Shown here piece by piece: positions 1 through 8,943 of a stretch of DNA of 64,000 nucleotides. The position numbers were made by a program, and so were the translations under genes. Below the pieces are notes generated by a model that saw only the letters and a list, made by a program, of their open reading frames with translations, did no database searches and was not told the DNA's origin. The stretch's first letter is position 1. Each line of letters opens with the position of its first letter. Origin of the DNA: Candidatus Eiseniibacteriota bacterium (GTDB lineage Bacteria; Joyebacterota; Joyebacteria; Joyebacterales; Joyebacteraceae); the NCBI GenBank assembly GCA_030595835.1, contig JAUVLG010000001.1:4614-68613 (forward strand), in the 5' to 3' direction.

Positions 1-496
1 GAACCCGGAGACGACCTCCGGCGGGCGCGCGCTCAAGTTCTACTCGAGCGTCAGGTTGGACATCCGTCGTATCGGCGCGCTCAAGACTGGAGACGTGATC
101 GTCGGTAACAGAACCAAGGTCAAAGTCGTGAAGAACAAGGTGGCGCCGCCGTTCCGGATCGCCGAGTTCGACATCATCTACGGGAAGGGCATCTCGCTCG
201 CTGGCGACTTGCTCGATCTGGGGATGGAGCACGGGCTGGTCACCCAGAAGGGAACCTGGTTCAGCTACGGTGACCTTCAGCTCGGGCAGGGGCGGGAACG
301 GTCCAGGACATATCTCGAAGAGGACGCCACCGTCCGGGAGCGGCTGGAGCGCGAGATACGTGAGGCCACGGGGCTGGTGGCTGGTCGCGCCGCGGCCCCT
401 GCTCCGGCGAAAGAGAAGTCGGCTGAGGTAGAGAGCAAGGCCAAGAAGGCTACGAAGAAGGAGCTGGCTCGGCAGGCGGTGGGCGCGAAGAAGTGA
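1..496 (+). CDS. recA: Recombinase RecA, C-terminal part (5' end lies outside the window)
   Basis: Frame-2 translation from nt 2 reads [25 protein letters not shown]...[26 protein letters not shown], the conserved RecA C-terminal core. It ends in a Lys/Ala/Glu-rich tail and a stop at 494-496. Confidence 0.9.
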   Translation, partial: NPETTSGGRALKFYSSVRLDIRRIGALKTGDVIVGNRTKVKVVKNKVAPPFRIAEFDIIYGKGISLAGDLLDLGMEHGLVTQKGTWFSYGDLQLGQGRERSRTYLEEDATVRERLEREIREATGLVAGRAAAPAPAKEKSAEVESKAKKATKKELARQAVGAKK

Positions 497-536
497 GGTC
501 TGAGGGACTCCACGCGGATGACGGGGACGGACGCCT

Positions 537-1178
537 GTGAGCGGCAGGATCACCGAGATCAGGAAGAGCCCGGGCGACGACCTGCGCCTGACGGTGTTCG
601 TCGACGGCTCTGAGGCGTTCACGGTCTCCGAGGAAGTCGCGCGCGAACTCAAGCTTTGCGTGGGATGCGAACTGGCCCCGGCGGCGACGGAGCGGCTGGG
701 GGAGAACGACGAGCGGAGCAGGGCCAGAGAGGCGGCTCTGAGGCTCCTGGCCGTCCGGGCGAGAAGCGAGGGCGAACTGGTCGACCGCCTGAGACGGAAG
801 GGCTTCACTGAGGAGCTGACCGCTGTCGTCGTGTCCGGTCTGGCCGAGGTTGGTCTGGTCGATGACGCTGCGTTTGCGAGGGCGTGGGCCGACGAGAAGA
901 TGAGGCTTCGTCCCATCGGACCGCGGCGACTGACATCTGAGCTTCTGTCGAAGCGGATACGCAAGGAACTGGTGGCCGTGGTTGTGGACGAGACCTTCCG
1001 AGAGCATTCTGAGCTCGAGCTGGCCCGCAGGGCGGTAGAGAAGAAGGTGCGAGTGTCAGGAGGCGCGGACGCCGCGAAGCGCCGCGCCCGCCTGCACTCG
1101 TTTCTGCTAAGAAGGGGCTTCTCCTACGAGGTCGCGGCCACGATCCTCAAGGAGATAGAGGGAGAGTCCGATGCCTGA
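537..1178 (+). CDS. recX: Recombination regulator RecX
   Basis: GTG start 40 nt after recA. The 213-aa product has three repeated helical modules (RLLAVRARSEGELVDRLRRKGF...) typical of RecX. The recA-recX-alaS synteny is conserved. Confidence 0.75.
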   Translation: MSGRITEIRKSPGDDLRLTVFVDGSEAFTVSEEVARELKLCVGCELAPAATERLGENDERSRAREAALRLLAVRARSEGELVDRLRRKGFTEELTAVVVSGLAEVGLVDDAAFARAWADEKMRLRPIGPRRLTSELLSKRIRKELVAVVVDETFREHSELELARRAVEKKVRVSGGADAAKRRARLHSFLLRRGFSYEVAATILKEIEGESDA

Positions 1179-3858
1179 CGGCATGTCTTCGAACGAGATC
1201 AGACGACTGTTCATCGAGTATTTCACGGAGCGGGGACACGAGCACGTGGAGAGCGCGCCCTTGATACCCCGCGACGATCCGACGCTTCTCTTCACGTCGG
1301 CGGGGATGGTGCCGTTCAAGCCCTACTACGTGGACGAGAACCCTCCGTTCAAGAGAGCGGTGTCCATCCAGAGGTGCCTCCGTCTGTCCGACCTGGACGA
1401 GGTCGGGCGCACCCCTTATCATGCGACGTTCTTCGAGATGCTCGGGAACTTCTCCTTCGGCGACTACTTCAAGGAAGAGGCGATCGAGTGGGGTTGGGAG
1501 TTCCTGACTGAGGTCATTGGTTTGCCCGCTGACCGTCTGTGGGTGACCGTCCACAAGGACGACACCGCGGCGGCCGAGATCTGGCGCACGCGAGTGAAGT
1601 TCCCGGTCGAGCGCATCGTGGCGCTCGGCGACGAGCACAACTTCTGGGGACCGGCCGGCGACTCGGGCCCCTGCGGCCCCTGTTCCGAGATACACCTCGA
1701 CATGGGAGCGGACGTCGGCTGTGGCAGGGCGGACTGCGATCCCGGATGCGACTGTGACCGTTTCCTGGAGGTCGGGAACCTGGTGTTCCCACAGTTCGTC
1801 CAGGCGGTAGACGGCACTCGCGAGCCGCTCAAGCGTCCCGGGATCGATACGGGTATGGGATTCGAGCGTCTCGCCAGCGTCGTCCAGGGGGCCGCGAGCA
1901 TCCACGAGACGGACACGGGACTGCCCGTGCTGGAGGCCGTTCGGAACGAGGCCGAGGCGGCAAGCGGCAAGCGGCCGCCCGAGGGCAAGCCGGGGATGGA
2001 ACTCATCGTCATCGCCGACCACGTCCGGGCCGCCACGTTCGCCATCGCGGAGAACATCCTGCCGTCAAACGAGGGTCAGGGTTACGTTATCAGAAGGCTG
2101 ATCAGGAGAGCCGTCCGTCGAGGGCTGTCCCTGGGCATAGATCAGCCGTTCTTGTACCGTCTCAGCGGTGTGGTGACCGAGACGATGGGAGAGGCGCATC
2201 CGCACCTCCTGCAGAAGCGTGAGCACATCGCTCTGGTTGTTCAGTCGGAGGAAGAGCGTTTCCACGAGACGTTGGCTGCGGGCAGTGCGGTGTTCGGGGA
2301 CATGATCGAATCGCTTGAGAGAAACGGCTCCAGGGTCGTTCCCGGAGATGTCGCCTTCAGCCTCTACGACACGTACGGATTCCCGCTGGACCTTACCCGG
2401 GAGATGGCAACCGAGCGCGGCTTCACCGTCGACGAGAAGGGCTTCCAGACCGCGATGGAAGAGCAGAAGGAACGCGGGAGGCGCGCTTCCACGTTCGCTG
2501 AGAGCAGCGACGCCGGGGTCTGGGAGGGACAGCGCGCTGAGACCGATTTTGTGGGGCACGAGCTGCCGTGCGCGTGTGGGGACGGCTCTGCATGCGAGAC
2601 GGCCGAGACGCTTCTGTCCGGTCCTGTTGCTACGGTCGTCACGGAAGCGAGGCGCATGAGCAACGATGGAGTGGAGTTCACACTGACCGAGAGCCCGTTC
2701 TACGCGGAATCGGGAGGGCAGGTCGCCGACACCGGAACTCTCACCGTCGGCGACGCGACCATCGACGTGGCGAATGTGTTGAGGAGAGACGAGCGCTACG
2801 CGCACGTTGCGAGCGACCCCGACCGGGTCGTACGACCGGGCGCACGAGCTGAGGCCCGTGTCGACGTTGCGAGGCGGCGCCTGATAGAGAAGAATCACAC
2901 CGTGACCCACCTGCTTCAGGCAGCGCTGCGTGCCGAGCTGGGTGACCACGTGCACCAGTCCGGTTCCTGGGTGGGTGCTGACAGGTTGAGATTCGACTTC
3001 ACGCATTTCTCGGAACTCTCAGGACGCGAGATCGGGGCCATCGAGGACCGGGTGAATGCCTGGGTCCGCGCTGATATTCCCGTCACGCCGGAGAGTATGA
3101 CGGTTGAGGCGGCGCTCGAGAGGGGAGCAATGGCACTCTTCGGCGAGAAGTACGGATCCCTGGTTCGCGTCGTCTGCATCGGGTGCGATGAATCCGGAGT
3201 GAGCCTCGAGCTGTGCGGCGGCACTCACGTCGAGCGCACGGGCGAGATAGGCGCCTTCTCGGTAGTGAGCGAGTCGAGCGTGGCCGCCGGCGTCAGAAGG
3301 ATAGAGGCAGTGACGGGCAGAACGGCATCCGCGCGGGCCCGCCACGATGCGGAGCTGCTCCGGGAGTTCATGAGCGTGCTCAAGGTGGCGCCGGATGAGA
3401 TGTTGGCCAAGGCCAGGGAACTGACGGCCGAGACATCTGAACTCAGGAAAAGCATCGAGAAGGAGAGACAGAAGGCGGCCGGAGGGTCGATTGACTCACT
3501 GATTGCCGGCGCCCGCGAGGTGGCCGGTGTGCGGATGTTGTCGGCACGCACCGATGCACCGGACATAAAGACACTTCGCGGACAGGCGGACCGGCTGCGC
3601 GACGGATTGGGCAGCGGCGCCGGCCTCCTGGCTGCTGTCACCGAAGGTGGGGTCATCCTGATAGCGGTGGTCACGGACGACCTGGTCAGTAAGGGCACGC
3701 TCAAGGCCGGAGACATCGTGCGGGAGGCCGCGGCGGTCATGGGAGGCCGCGGTGGAGGGAAACCGCACCTGGCGCAGGCGGGTGGCGGGGATCCGGCGCA
3801 ACTCGAGCAGGCTCTGGAGGCATTCTACGAGATCGCGGAGCGGCTGACCGGCAGTTGA
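1171..3858 (+). CDS. alaS: Alanine--tRNA ligase
   Basis: 895 aa. N-terminal SNEIRRLFIEYFTERGHEHVESAPLIP and FTSAGMVPFKPYY class-II motifs are present. It also has the zinc/editing region and a C-terminal DHHA1-like end. It overlaps the recX stop; the alternative start at 1183 reads MSSNEIRR. Confidence 0.95.
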   Translation: MPDGMSSNEIRRLFIEYFTERGHEHVESAPLIPRDDPTLLFTSAGMVPFKPYYVDENPPFKRAVSIQRCLRLSDLDEVGRTPYHATFFEMLGNFSFGDYFKEEAIEWGWEFLTEVIGLPADRLWVTVHKDDTAAAEIWRTRVKFPVERIVALGDEHNFWGPAGDSGPCGPCSEIHLDMGADVGCGRADCDPGCDCDRFLEVGNLVFPQFVQAVDGTREPLKRPGIDTGMGFERLASVVQGAASIHETDTGLPVLEAVRNEAEAASGKRPPEGKPGMELIVIADHVRAATFAIAENILPSNEGQGYVIRRLIRRAVRRGLSLGIDQPFLYRLSGVVTETMGEAHPHLLQKREHIALVVQSEEERFHETLAAGSAVFGDMIESLERNGSRVVPGDVAFSLYDTYGFPLDLTREMATERGFTVDEKGFQTAMEEQKERGRRASTFAESSDAGVWEGQRAETDFVGHELPCACGDGSACETAETLLSGPVATVVTEARRMSNDGVEFTLTESPFYAESGGQVADTGTLTVGDATIDVANVLRRDERYAHVASDPDRVVRPGARAEARVDVARRRLIEKNHTVTHLLQAALRAELGDHVHQSGSWVGADRLRFDFTHFSELSGREIGAIEDRVNAWVRADIPVTPESMTVEAALERGAMALFGEKYGSLVRVVCIGCDESGVSLELCGGTHVERTGEIGAFSVVSESSVAAGVRRIEAVTGRTASARARHDAELLREFMSVLKVAPDEMLAKARELTAETSELRKSIEKERQKAAGGSIDSLIAGAREVAGVRMLSARTDAPDIKTLRGQADRLRDGLGSGAGLLAAVTEGGVILIAVVTDDLVSKGTLKAGDIVREAAAVMGGRGGGKPHLAQAGGGDPAQLEQALEAFYEIAERLTGS

Positions 3859-3896
3859 CGGGCCAGCCGTGCGGGAGCCGAACGGAAGGGCGCACA

Positions 3897-4652
3897 ATGC
3901 GGGACATCGGCAGGACACTTGCGTGGCTGGAGAGCGGCATCGGGACTCTCGGTGCGCTCTATCTCGTGCTTCTGGACCCGGACAGGTTCGAGCCCGCGGA
4001 GAACGTGAGGCTGGCCGAGCTGGCCGTGGGGGCGGGAGCCGACGCGTTGCTTCTGGGGGGCAGCCTGTCCCTGAGGGAACGCTGTGACGAGACGGTGCGA
4101 GCCATCAAGGCCGCCGTGGACGTTCCCGTCATTATCTTCCCGGGCGATGTGGGCTTCGTGAGTGAGGCTGCTGACGCGATCCTGTTCCTGTCTCTCGTGA
4201 GCGGGCGCAACCCGCAGTTCCTCATCGGGGAGCACGTACGCGCGGCTCCCGTTCTGAAGAAGATGGGACTCGAGGCGATACCGACGGCGTACATGCTGGT
4301 CGACGGCGGCGTGACGACGTCCGTCGAGTTCATGAGTTCGACCAGACCCATCCCTCGCGATAAGCCGGACATAGCCATGGCGCACGCGCTCGCGGCCCAG
4401 TACCTGGGTCTACAACTCGCCTTCTTCGACGCGGGCAGCGGTGCCGCGGAGCACGTTCCCGAGGAATTGGTACGCGCCGTATCGGGGTACGTCGATCTGC
4501 CGATCATGGTCGGCGGGGGAATTCGTGAGCCCGAGGTGGCCGGGCGGCTGGTGGAAGCGGGCGCAGGCGTGATCATCACGGGCGACGTGGTCGAGAAGAC
4601 CGGTGACGCTGGACTTGTGAAGGCGATTGCTGCGGCGGTGCACGGGCATTAG
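3897..4652 (+). CDS. PcrB/GGGPS-family (hepta/geranylgeranyl)glyceryl phosphate synthase
   Basis: TIM-barrel prenyl-glycerol-phosphate synthase motifs are present: LVLLDPDR, LLLGGSLSL, IMVGGGIRE and VIITGD (compare B. subtilis PcrB LDPNK / IIGGS / GGGI / VVGNA). ATG at 3897 has a GGAAGG ribosome-binding site. The ORF track's 3855 start would overlap the alaS stop. Confidence 0.75.
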   Translation: MRDIGRTLAWLESGIGTLGALYLVLLDPDRFEPAENVRLAELAVGAGADALLLGGSLSLRERCDETVRAIKAAVDVPVIIFPGDVGFVSEAADAILFLSLVSGRNPQFLIGEHVRAAPVLKKMGLEAIPTAYMLVDGGVTTSVEFMSSTRPIPRDKPDIAMAHALAAQYLGLQLAFFDAGSGAAEHVPEELVRAVSGYVDLPIMVGGGIREPEVAGRLVEAGAGVIITGDVVEKTGDAGLVKAIAAAVHGH

Positions 4653-4716
4653 GGGCTTGTGAGGGCGAGGCACCAAGGGCGCCCGGGATTATTTTCAGGA
4701 GACAGTCGAAAGGCAG

Positions 4717-5790
4717 GTGGTTCGCATCAAGGCTCTGGTTCTTTCCGGCGGCAAGGGTACGCGGCTGAGACCGATCACACACACGAGCGCAAAGCAGCTT
4801 GTCCCGATAGCGAACAAGCCCATTCTCTTCTACGGGCTAGAGGCGATCAGGGATGCCGGGATCGTCGATGTTGGCATCATTGTCGGGGAGACGGCGAAGG
4901 AGATAGAGGCCGCCGTCGGTGACGGGTCGTCGTTCGGACTCAAGGTCTCGTTCATCCACCAGGAGGCCCCGCTGGGGCTGGCCCACGCCGTGAAGATAGC
5001 TGCTGACTACATCGGTAAGGAGCCGTTCGTGATGTACCTCGGCGACAATCTGATCATGGGTGGCATAACCGATTTCGTCGCCGAGTTCCAGAAGAACAAA
5101 CCGAACGCGCAGATACTGCTGGCGCGCGTCGACAACCCGAGCGAGTTCGGCGTGGCTGAGCTGGCCGGGGGACGGGTGGAGCGTCTGGAGGAGAAGCCGG
5201 AGAACCCGCGCTCGAACCTCGCGCTCGTCGGGGTCTACATGTTCGACGCCGAGATCTTCGAGGCGGTCGATAGCATCAAGCCGTCGGCACGCAATGAACT
5301 TGAGATCACCGATGCGATCCAGAGGTTGATAGATACGGGGAAAGAGGTGAGGGCGCACGAGGTCATTGGTTGGTGGAAGGACACGGGGAAGCTCGACGAT
5401 ATCCTCGAAGCCAATCGGATGATCCTCGAGACCGTCAAGCGTGACATCGCGGGCAGCGTGGACAGTGACTCGCGCGTCGACGGGAAGGTGGTGATAGCGG
5501 AGGGAGCTCACGTGCAGGGCAGCGTACTGCGTGGACCTCTCGTCATAGGACGCGACTGCAAGATCGTGAAGTCGTACATAGGGCCCTTCACCTCCATCTA
5601 TCACGACGTGACGATCCAGAACTCGGAGATCGAGCACAGCATCGTGCTCGAGAACTCCAGGATCTCGAATCTCGGGAGCAGGATGGAGAAGAGCCTTATC
5701 GGGAAGGACGTCGAGATCAGCAAGAGCGCCACGATGCCCAAGGCCTTCCGCTTCATGGTCGGTGACGCCAGTCGGATCGAGGTGCCGTAG
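4717..5790 (+). CDS. rmlA: Glucose-1-phosphate thymidylyltransferase, long form with C-terminal left-handed beta-helix
   Basis: N-terminal LVLSGGKGTRLRPITHTSAKQLVPIANKP nucleotidyltransferase signature is present. The length (357 aa) and C-terminal hexapeptide-repeat region match long-form RmlA-like enzymes. GTG start. Confidence 0.7.
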   Translation: MVRIKALVLSGGKGTRLRPITHTSAKQLVPIANKPILFYGLEAIRDAGIVDVGIIVGETAKEIEAAVGDGSSFGLKVSFIHQEAPLGLAHAVKIAADYIGKEPFVMYLGDNLIMGGITDFVAEFQKNKPNAQILLARVDNPSEFGVAELAGGRVERLEEKPENPRSNLALVGVYMFDAEIFEAVDSIKPSARNELEITDAIQRLIDTGKEVRAHEVIGWWKDTGKLDDILEANRMILETVKRDIAGSVDSDSRVDGKVVIAEGAHVQGSVLRGPLVIGRDCKIVKSYIGPFTSIYHDVTIQNSEIEHSIVLENSRISNLGSRMEKSLIGKDVEISKSATMPKAFRFMVGDASRIEVP

Positions 5791-6665
5791 TGGGAAGCGA
5801 GGCGCCGGAGAGAGGACGCGGCAGGACGAGAGTTCTGGTCACGGGTTCGGCCGGGATGCTGGGAACGGAGTTGGTGCGTCTCTTTCAGCGCGAGTTCGAC
5901 GTGACCGAGGCCGACCTGGGCGAGTTCGACATACGGGACAGCGTTGTGACCGACGCGTTCGTCGCGGGGGCCACTCCCGACATCGTGATCAACTGCGCCG
6001 CCTACACGGACGTCGACGGCGCTGAGAGCGATTCGGAGGAGGCGTTCGCGGTCAACGCGAGGGGAGCGGGGAACATCGCGGCCGCGGCGGAGAGGGTCGG
6101 CGCTCGGGTGGTGCACGTCAGTACGGACTACGTGTTCGACGGCACGGGCGACAGGCCCTATGAGGAGACGGACGAGCCCGGGCCAGTCTGCGTGTACGGG
6201 CGTTCGAAGCTCGCCGGTGAGCTAGCCGTCTCAGAGGCTGCTCAGGACGCACTGATAGTCCGTACGGCGTGGCTCTACGGGCAGGCGGGGCCGAACTTCA
6301 TTGAGACGATATTGACTCTGGCGTCCTCTGGACGGGATTTGAAGGTCGTGGAAGACCAGGTGGGTGCTCCGACCAACGTTCGAGACCTTGCGCGGACGAT
6401 TCTGGAACTAATTGCAGTCGGGGCCACCGGTGTGGTAAACGCTACGAACCGGGGGTGGTGTACCTGGTTCGAGTTTGCCCGTGAGATACTCGACCAGGCG
6501 GGATATCGGGACATGCCCATAGAACCCGTGACCAGTGAGCAATTTCCTCGGCCCGCGCCGCGGCCAGGCTATTCGGTTCTGTCTCTCGCGAGGCTCGTAT
6601 CGCTCACGGGGAAGGAACCGCGGAGCTGGCAGGATGCGCTGACCGAGTACCTTGCCGAAAGGTAG
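5790..6665 (+). CDS. rmlD: dTDP-4-dehydrorhamnose reductase
   Basis: VLVTGSAGMLGTELV Rossmann start and an RmlD-like layout (YTDVD..., VHVSTDYVFDG, YGRSKLAGE with YxxxK). Its GTG start overlaps the rmlA TAG stop. Confidence 0.75.
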   Translation: MGSEAPERGRGRTRVLVTGSAGMLGTELVRLFQREFDVTEADLGEFDIRDSVVTDAFVAGATPDIVINCAAYTDVDGAESDSEEAFAVNARGAGNIAAAAERVGARVVHVSTDYVFDGTGDRPYEETDEPGPVCVYGRSKLAGELAVSEAAQDALIVRTAWLYGQAGPNFIETILTLASSGRDLKVVEDQVGAPTNVRDLARTILELIAVGATGVVNATNRGWCTWFEFAREILDQAGYRDMPIEPVTSEQFPRPAPRPGYSVLSLARLVSLTGKEPRSWQDALTEYLAER

Positions 6666-6670
6666 GTCGA

Positions 6671-7261
6671 ATGGGACGAGAGACTGAGACGGGCGCCGAC
6701 CGAGTGAGAGCAATCTTCGCGGAGTCAGCGAGGGTGCACGAGATGGCGGCTGAGTCGCTTTCTGATGTGATCGCTGCTGCGGCAACTGCTTTGACGAACG
6801 CGCTCCGGGCTGGGCGGAAAGTGCTGCTGTGCGGCAACGGAGGGAGCGCGGCCGACGCGCAGCACATGGCGGCCGAGCTGGCGGGCAGGCTGCGTCTGGA
6901 GCGTGGGGGCCTGCCGGCCATCGCGCTAACGGTGAACTCGTCGGTGATGACCGCGCTGGCGAACGACTACGGGTACGACATGGTCTTCGCGCGGCAGGTG
7001 GAGGCCCTCGGGCGAGAGGGAGACGTACTGATCGGTATCTCTACGAGCGGTAGGTCGGCCAACGTTGTTAGGGCCCTGGAGGCGGCCAGAGCTGCCGGAC
7101 TCGTGACCGTGGGGCTGGTCGGTCGGGACGCAGGGCCCATGGAGGGCCTGTGCGATCACCTGATCGCGGCTCCGATCCAGGACACACAGCGCATTCAGGA
7201 GATACACATCGCCGCCGGACATGCGATGTGCGAGATAATCGAATCGGCGTTGTTCGGCTAG
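6671..7261 (+). CDS. gmhA: Phosphoheptose (sedoheptulose-7-phosphate) isomerase
   Basis: SIS-domain motif [22 protein letters not shown] is near-identical to the GmhA consensus. Size is 196 aa. Confidence 0.8.
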   Translation: MGRETETGADRVRAIFAESARVHEMAAESLSDVIAAAATALTNALRAGRKVLLCGNGGSAADAQHMAAELAGRLRLERGGLPAIALTVNSSVMTALANDYGYDMVFARQVEALGREGDVLIGISTSGRSANVVRALEAARAAGLVTVGLVGRDAGPMEGLCDHLIAAPIQDTQRIQEIHIAAGHAMCEIIESALFG

Positions 7262-7286
7262 ACGCTGCCTGGCAGAGGGAGAACGA

Positions 7287-7907
7287 GTGGATCCAATAAT
7301 CATCGGCATCGGGGGAGGAACCGGCTCGGGGAAGACGACCGTCGCGAAGCAGGTGCGCAAGCACTTCCCGGAGACGAGCGTCGTCATTGTTCACCACGAT
7401 TCATACTACGTGGACCGTGGTGATCTCCCACCTGCGAGTCGCGAGAAGATCAACTACGACCACCCGGATTCGTTCGACAACGAGCTTCTGATAGCGCAGT
7501 TGACCGATCTAAGGGGCGGGCGCGAGATCGAAAAGCCCATCTACGACTTCGAGACCCACACCAGGCAGAAGGAGACCATCACCGTTCGTTCCGCGCGGAT
7601 CATCCTTCTCGAGGGCATTATGGTGCTGGCGGAGGACGCGCTCAGGGAGACGATGGACATCAAGCTCTACGTCGACACGGACGCCGACGAGCGCTTCATC
7701 CGACGCTTGAAGCGTGACATTGCGAATCGAGGCAGAACGGTCGATCAGGTGATCGAGCAGTATCTTCGGACCGTCCGGCCGATGCACCTGCAGTTCGTTG
7801 AGACCAGCAAGCGGTACGCCGACGTCATAATCCCCGAGGGCGGACTGAACCTCGTGGCGGTGGACCTGATCGTGACGAAGATAAAGGACATCCTCGCGGA
7901 CAGCTAG
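7287..7907 (+). CDS. udk: Uridine kinase
   Basis: P-loop [19 protein letters not shown] is followed by HHDSYY and the typical Udk layout. GTG start with a GAGGGAG ribosome-binding site. Confidence 0.85.
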   Translation: MDPIIIGIGGGTGSGKTTVAKQVRKHFPETSVVIVHHDSYYVDRGDLPPASREKINYDHPDSFDNELLIAQLTDLRGGREIEKPIYDFETHTRQKETITVRSARIILLEGIMVLAEDALRETMDIKLYVDTDADERFIRRLKRDIANRGRTVDQVIEQYLRTVRPMHLQFVETSKRYADVIIPEGGLNLVAVDLIVTKIKDILADS

Positions 7908-7952
7908 CGGTGGGCAGGGCGCCAGAAGAAGCGCGGAAGGGACCCTCGGTTG

Positions 7953-8840
7953 ATGCTGCGACACATCATCAGGATGCTCAGACCGGAGCAGTGGACGAAG
8001 AACCTCGTGCTCTTCGCCGGACTGCTCTTCGCCGGCGGGCTCGGGACACGGACGCTCGTTCTCCACGCGGCCGGGGGGTTCTTCGCGTTCTGCGCGCTCT
8101 CGAGCGCGACGTACGTGTTCAACGACCTCATGGACGTGAAACGTGATCGTGAGCACCCGATCAAGAAGCACAGGCCACTCGCTGCCGGCGACTTGCCGGT
8201 CGGGCTCGCTGCTGCCATCGCGGTTGTGCTGGCGGCGCTGGGGCTAGTCTGGGCCTACAAGCTTCACCTGAACTTCGGGTTGGTAGCGGTCGGCTACCTG
8301 ACCCTCCAGGTGCTCTACAGCCTGGCGCTCAGGAACATGGTCGCGCTCGATGTGATGGCAATCGCCGTGGGGTTTGTGCTGCGCGCCGTCGGGAGCGTGG
8401 AGGTTCTCAAGGGGCCCGCTCCGCATACGGAACTCTCTCCGTGGCTTCTCGTCTGCACGTTCTTCCTGGCTCTGTTTCTGGGGTTGGGGAAGCGCCGTCA
8501 CGAGGTCCTGGCCCTGGGCGAGGATGCGGGGAGGCATCGCCCGGTACTCAAGCATTACCCACCGCCGCTCATCGACTCATTGTTCGGTGTGGTGACCGCG
8601 TCGACCGTGATCTCATACACGATCTACACCATCTGGCCCGGTACCGTTGCGAAGGTGGGCGGCACCGGACTTGTCTACACGGTGCCGTTCGTGGTGTACG
8701 GTGTCTTCCGCTACTTCTATCTGATGTTCGCGGCAGGCGCGGGAGGAGAACCCTCGCGGGCGCTCCTGTCGGACGTCCCGCTCGCGGTCAATATAGTCCT
8801 GTGGGTGGTTGTTGTGGCCTTCGTGATCTACGCAGGGTAA
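7953..8840 (+). CDS. UbiA-family prenyltransferase, decaprenyl-phosphate 5-phosphoribosyltransferase (DPPR synthase)-like
   Basis: Polytopic membrane protein. It has RPEQWTKNLVLFAG and NDLMDVKRDREHPIKKHRPLAAG, matching the RPRQWVKN / NDVRDVEADREHPTKRFRPIAAG signature of mycobacterial Rv3806c-type enzymes rather than UbiA/MenA or archaeal DGGGP synthase. Confidence 0.65.
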   Translation: MLRHIIRMLRPEQWTKNLVLFAGLLFAGGLGTRTLVLHAAGGFFAFCALSSATYVFNDLMDVKRDREHPIKKHRPLAAGDLPVGLAAAIAVVLAALGLVWAYKLHLNFGLVAVGYLTLQVLYSLALRNMVALDVMAIAVGFVLRAVGSVEVLKGPAPHTELSPWLLVCTFFLALFLGLGKRRHEVLALGEDAGRHRPVLKHYPPPLIDSLFGVVTASTVISYTIYTIWPGTVAKVGGTGLVYTVPFVVYGVFRYFYLMFAAGAGGEPSRALLSDVPLAVNIVLWVVVVAFVIYAG

Positions 8841-8943
8841 CTGTTCAGCGAGCGTCCCACGGGGCTCAGCTGATCGCATCGCGCCGAGGGCGTGTGCGCG
8901 GGCGCTGCCGTCCTCTGGCGGCAGCGCTTCTTCAGGGAGGGCG

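Noticed and set aside
1171-1182. Alternative alaS start at 1183 (MSSNEIRR)
   Set aside because: It is plausible, but the ATG at 1171 has correctly spaced GGAG upstream, whereas 1183 would sit 16 nt or more from it. The longer form was kept with the caveat noted.
7953-8840. UbiA gene as the DGGGP synthase partner of the nearby GGGPS (a two-gene archaeal ether-lipid pathway)
   Set aside because: Its diagnostic motifs match decaprenyl-phosphate phosphoribosyltransferase-type UbiA enzymes (NDxxDVxxDRxHPxKxxRPxAAG) rather than DGGGPS. It is separated from the GGGPS gene by rml, gmhA and udk.
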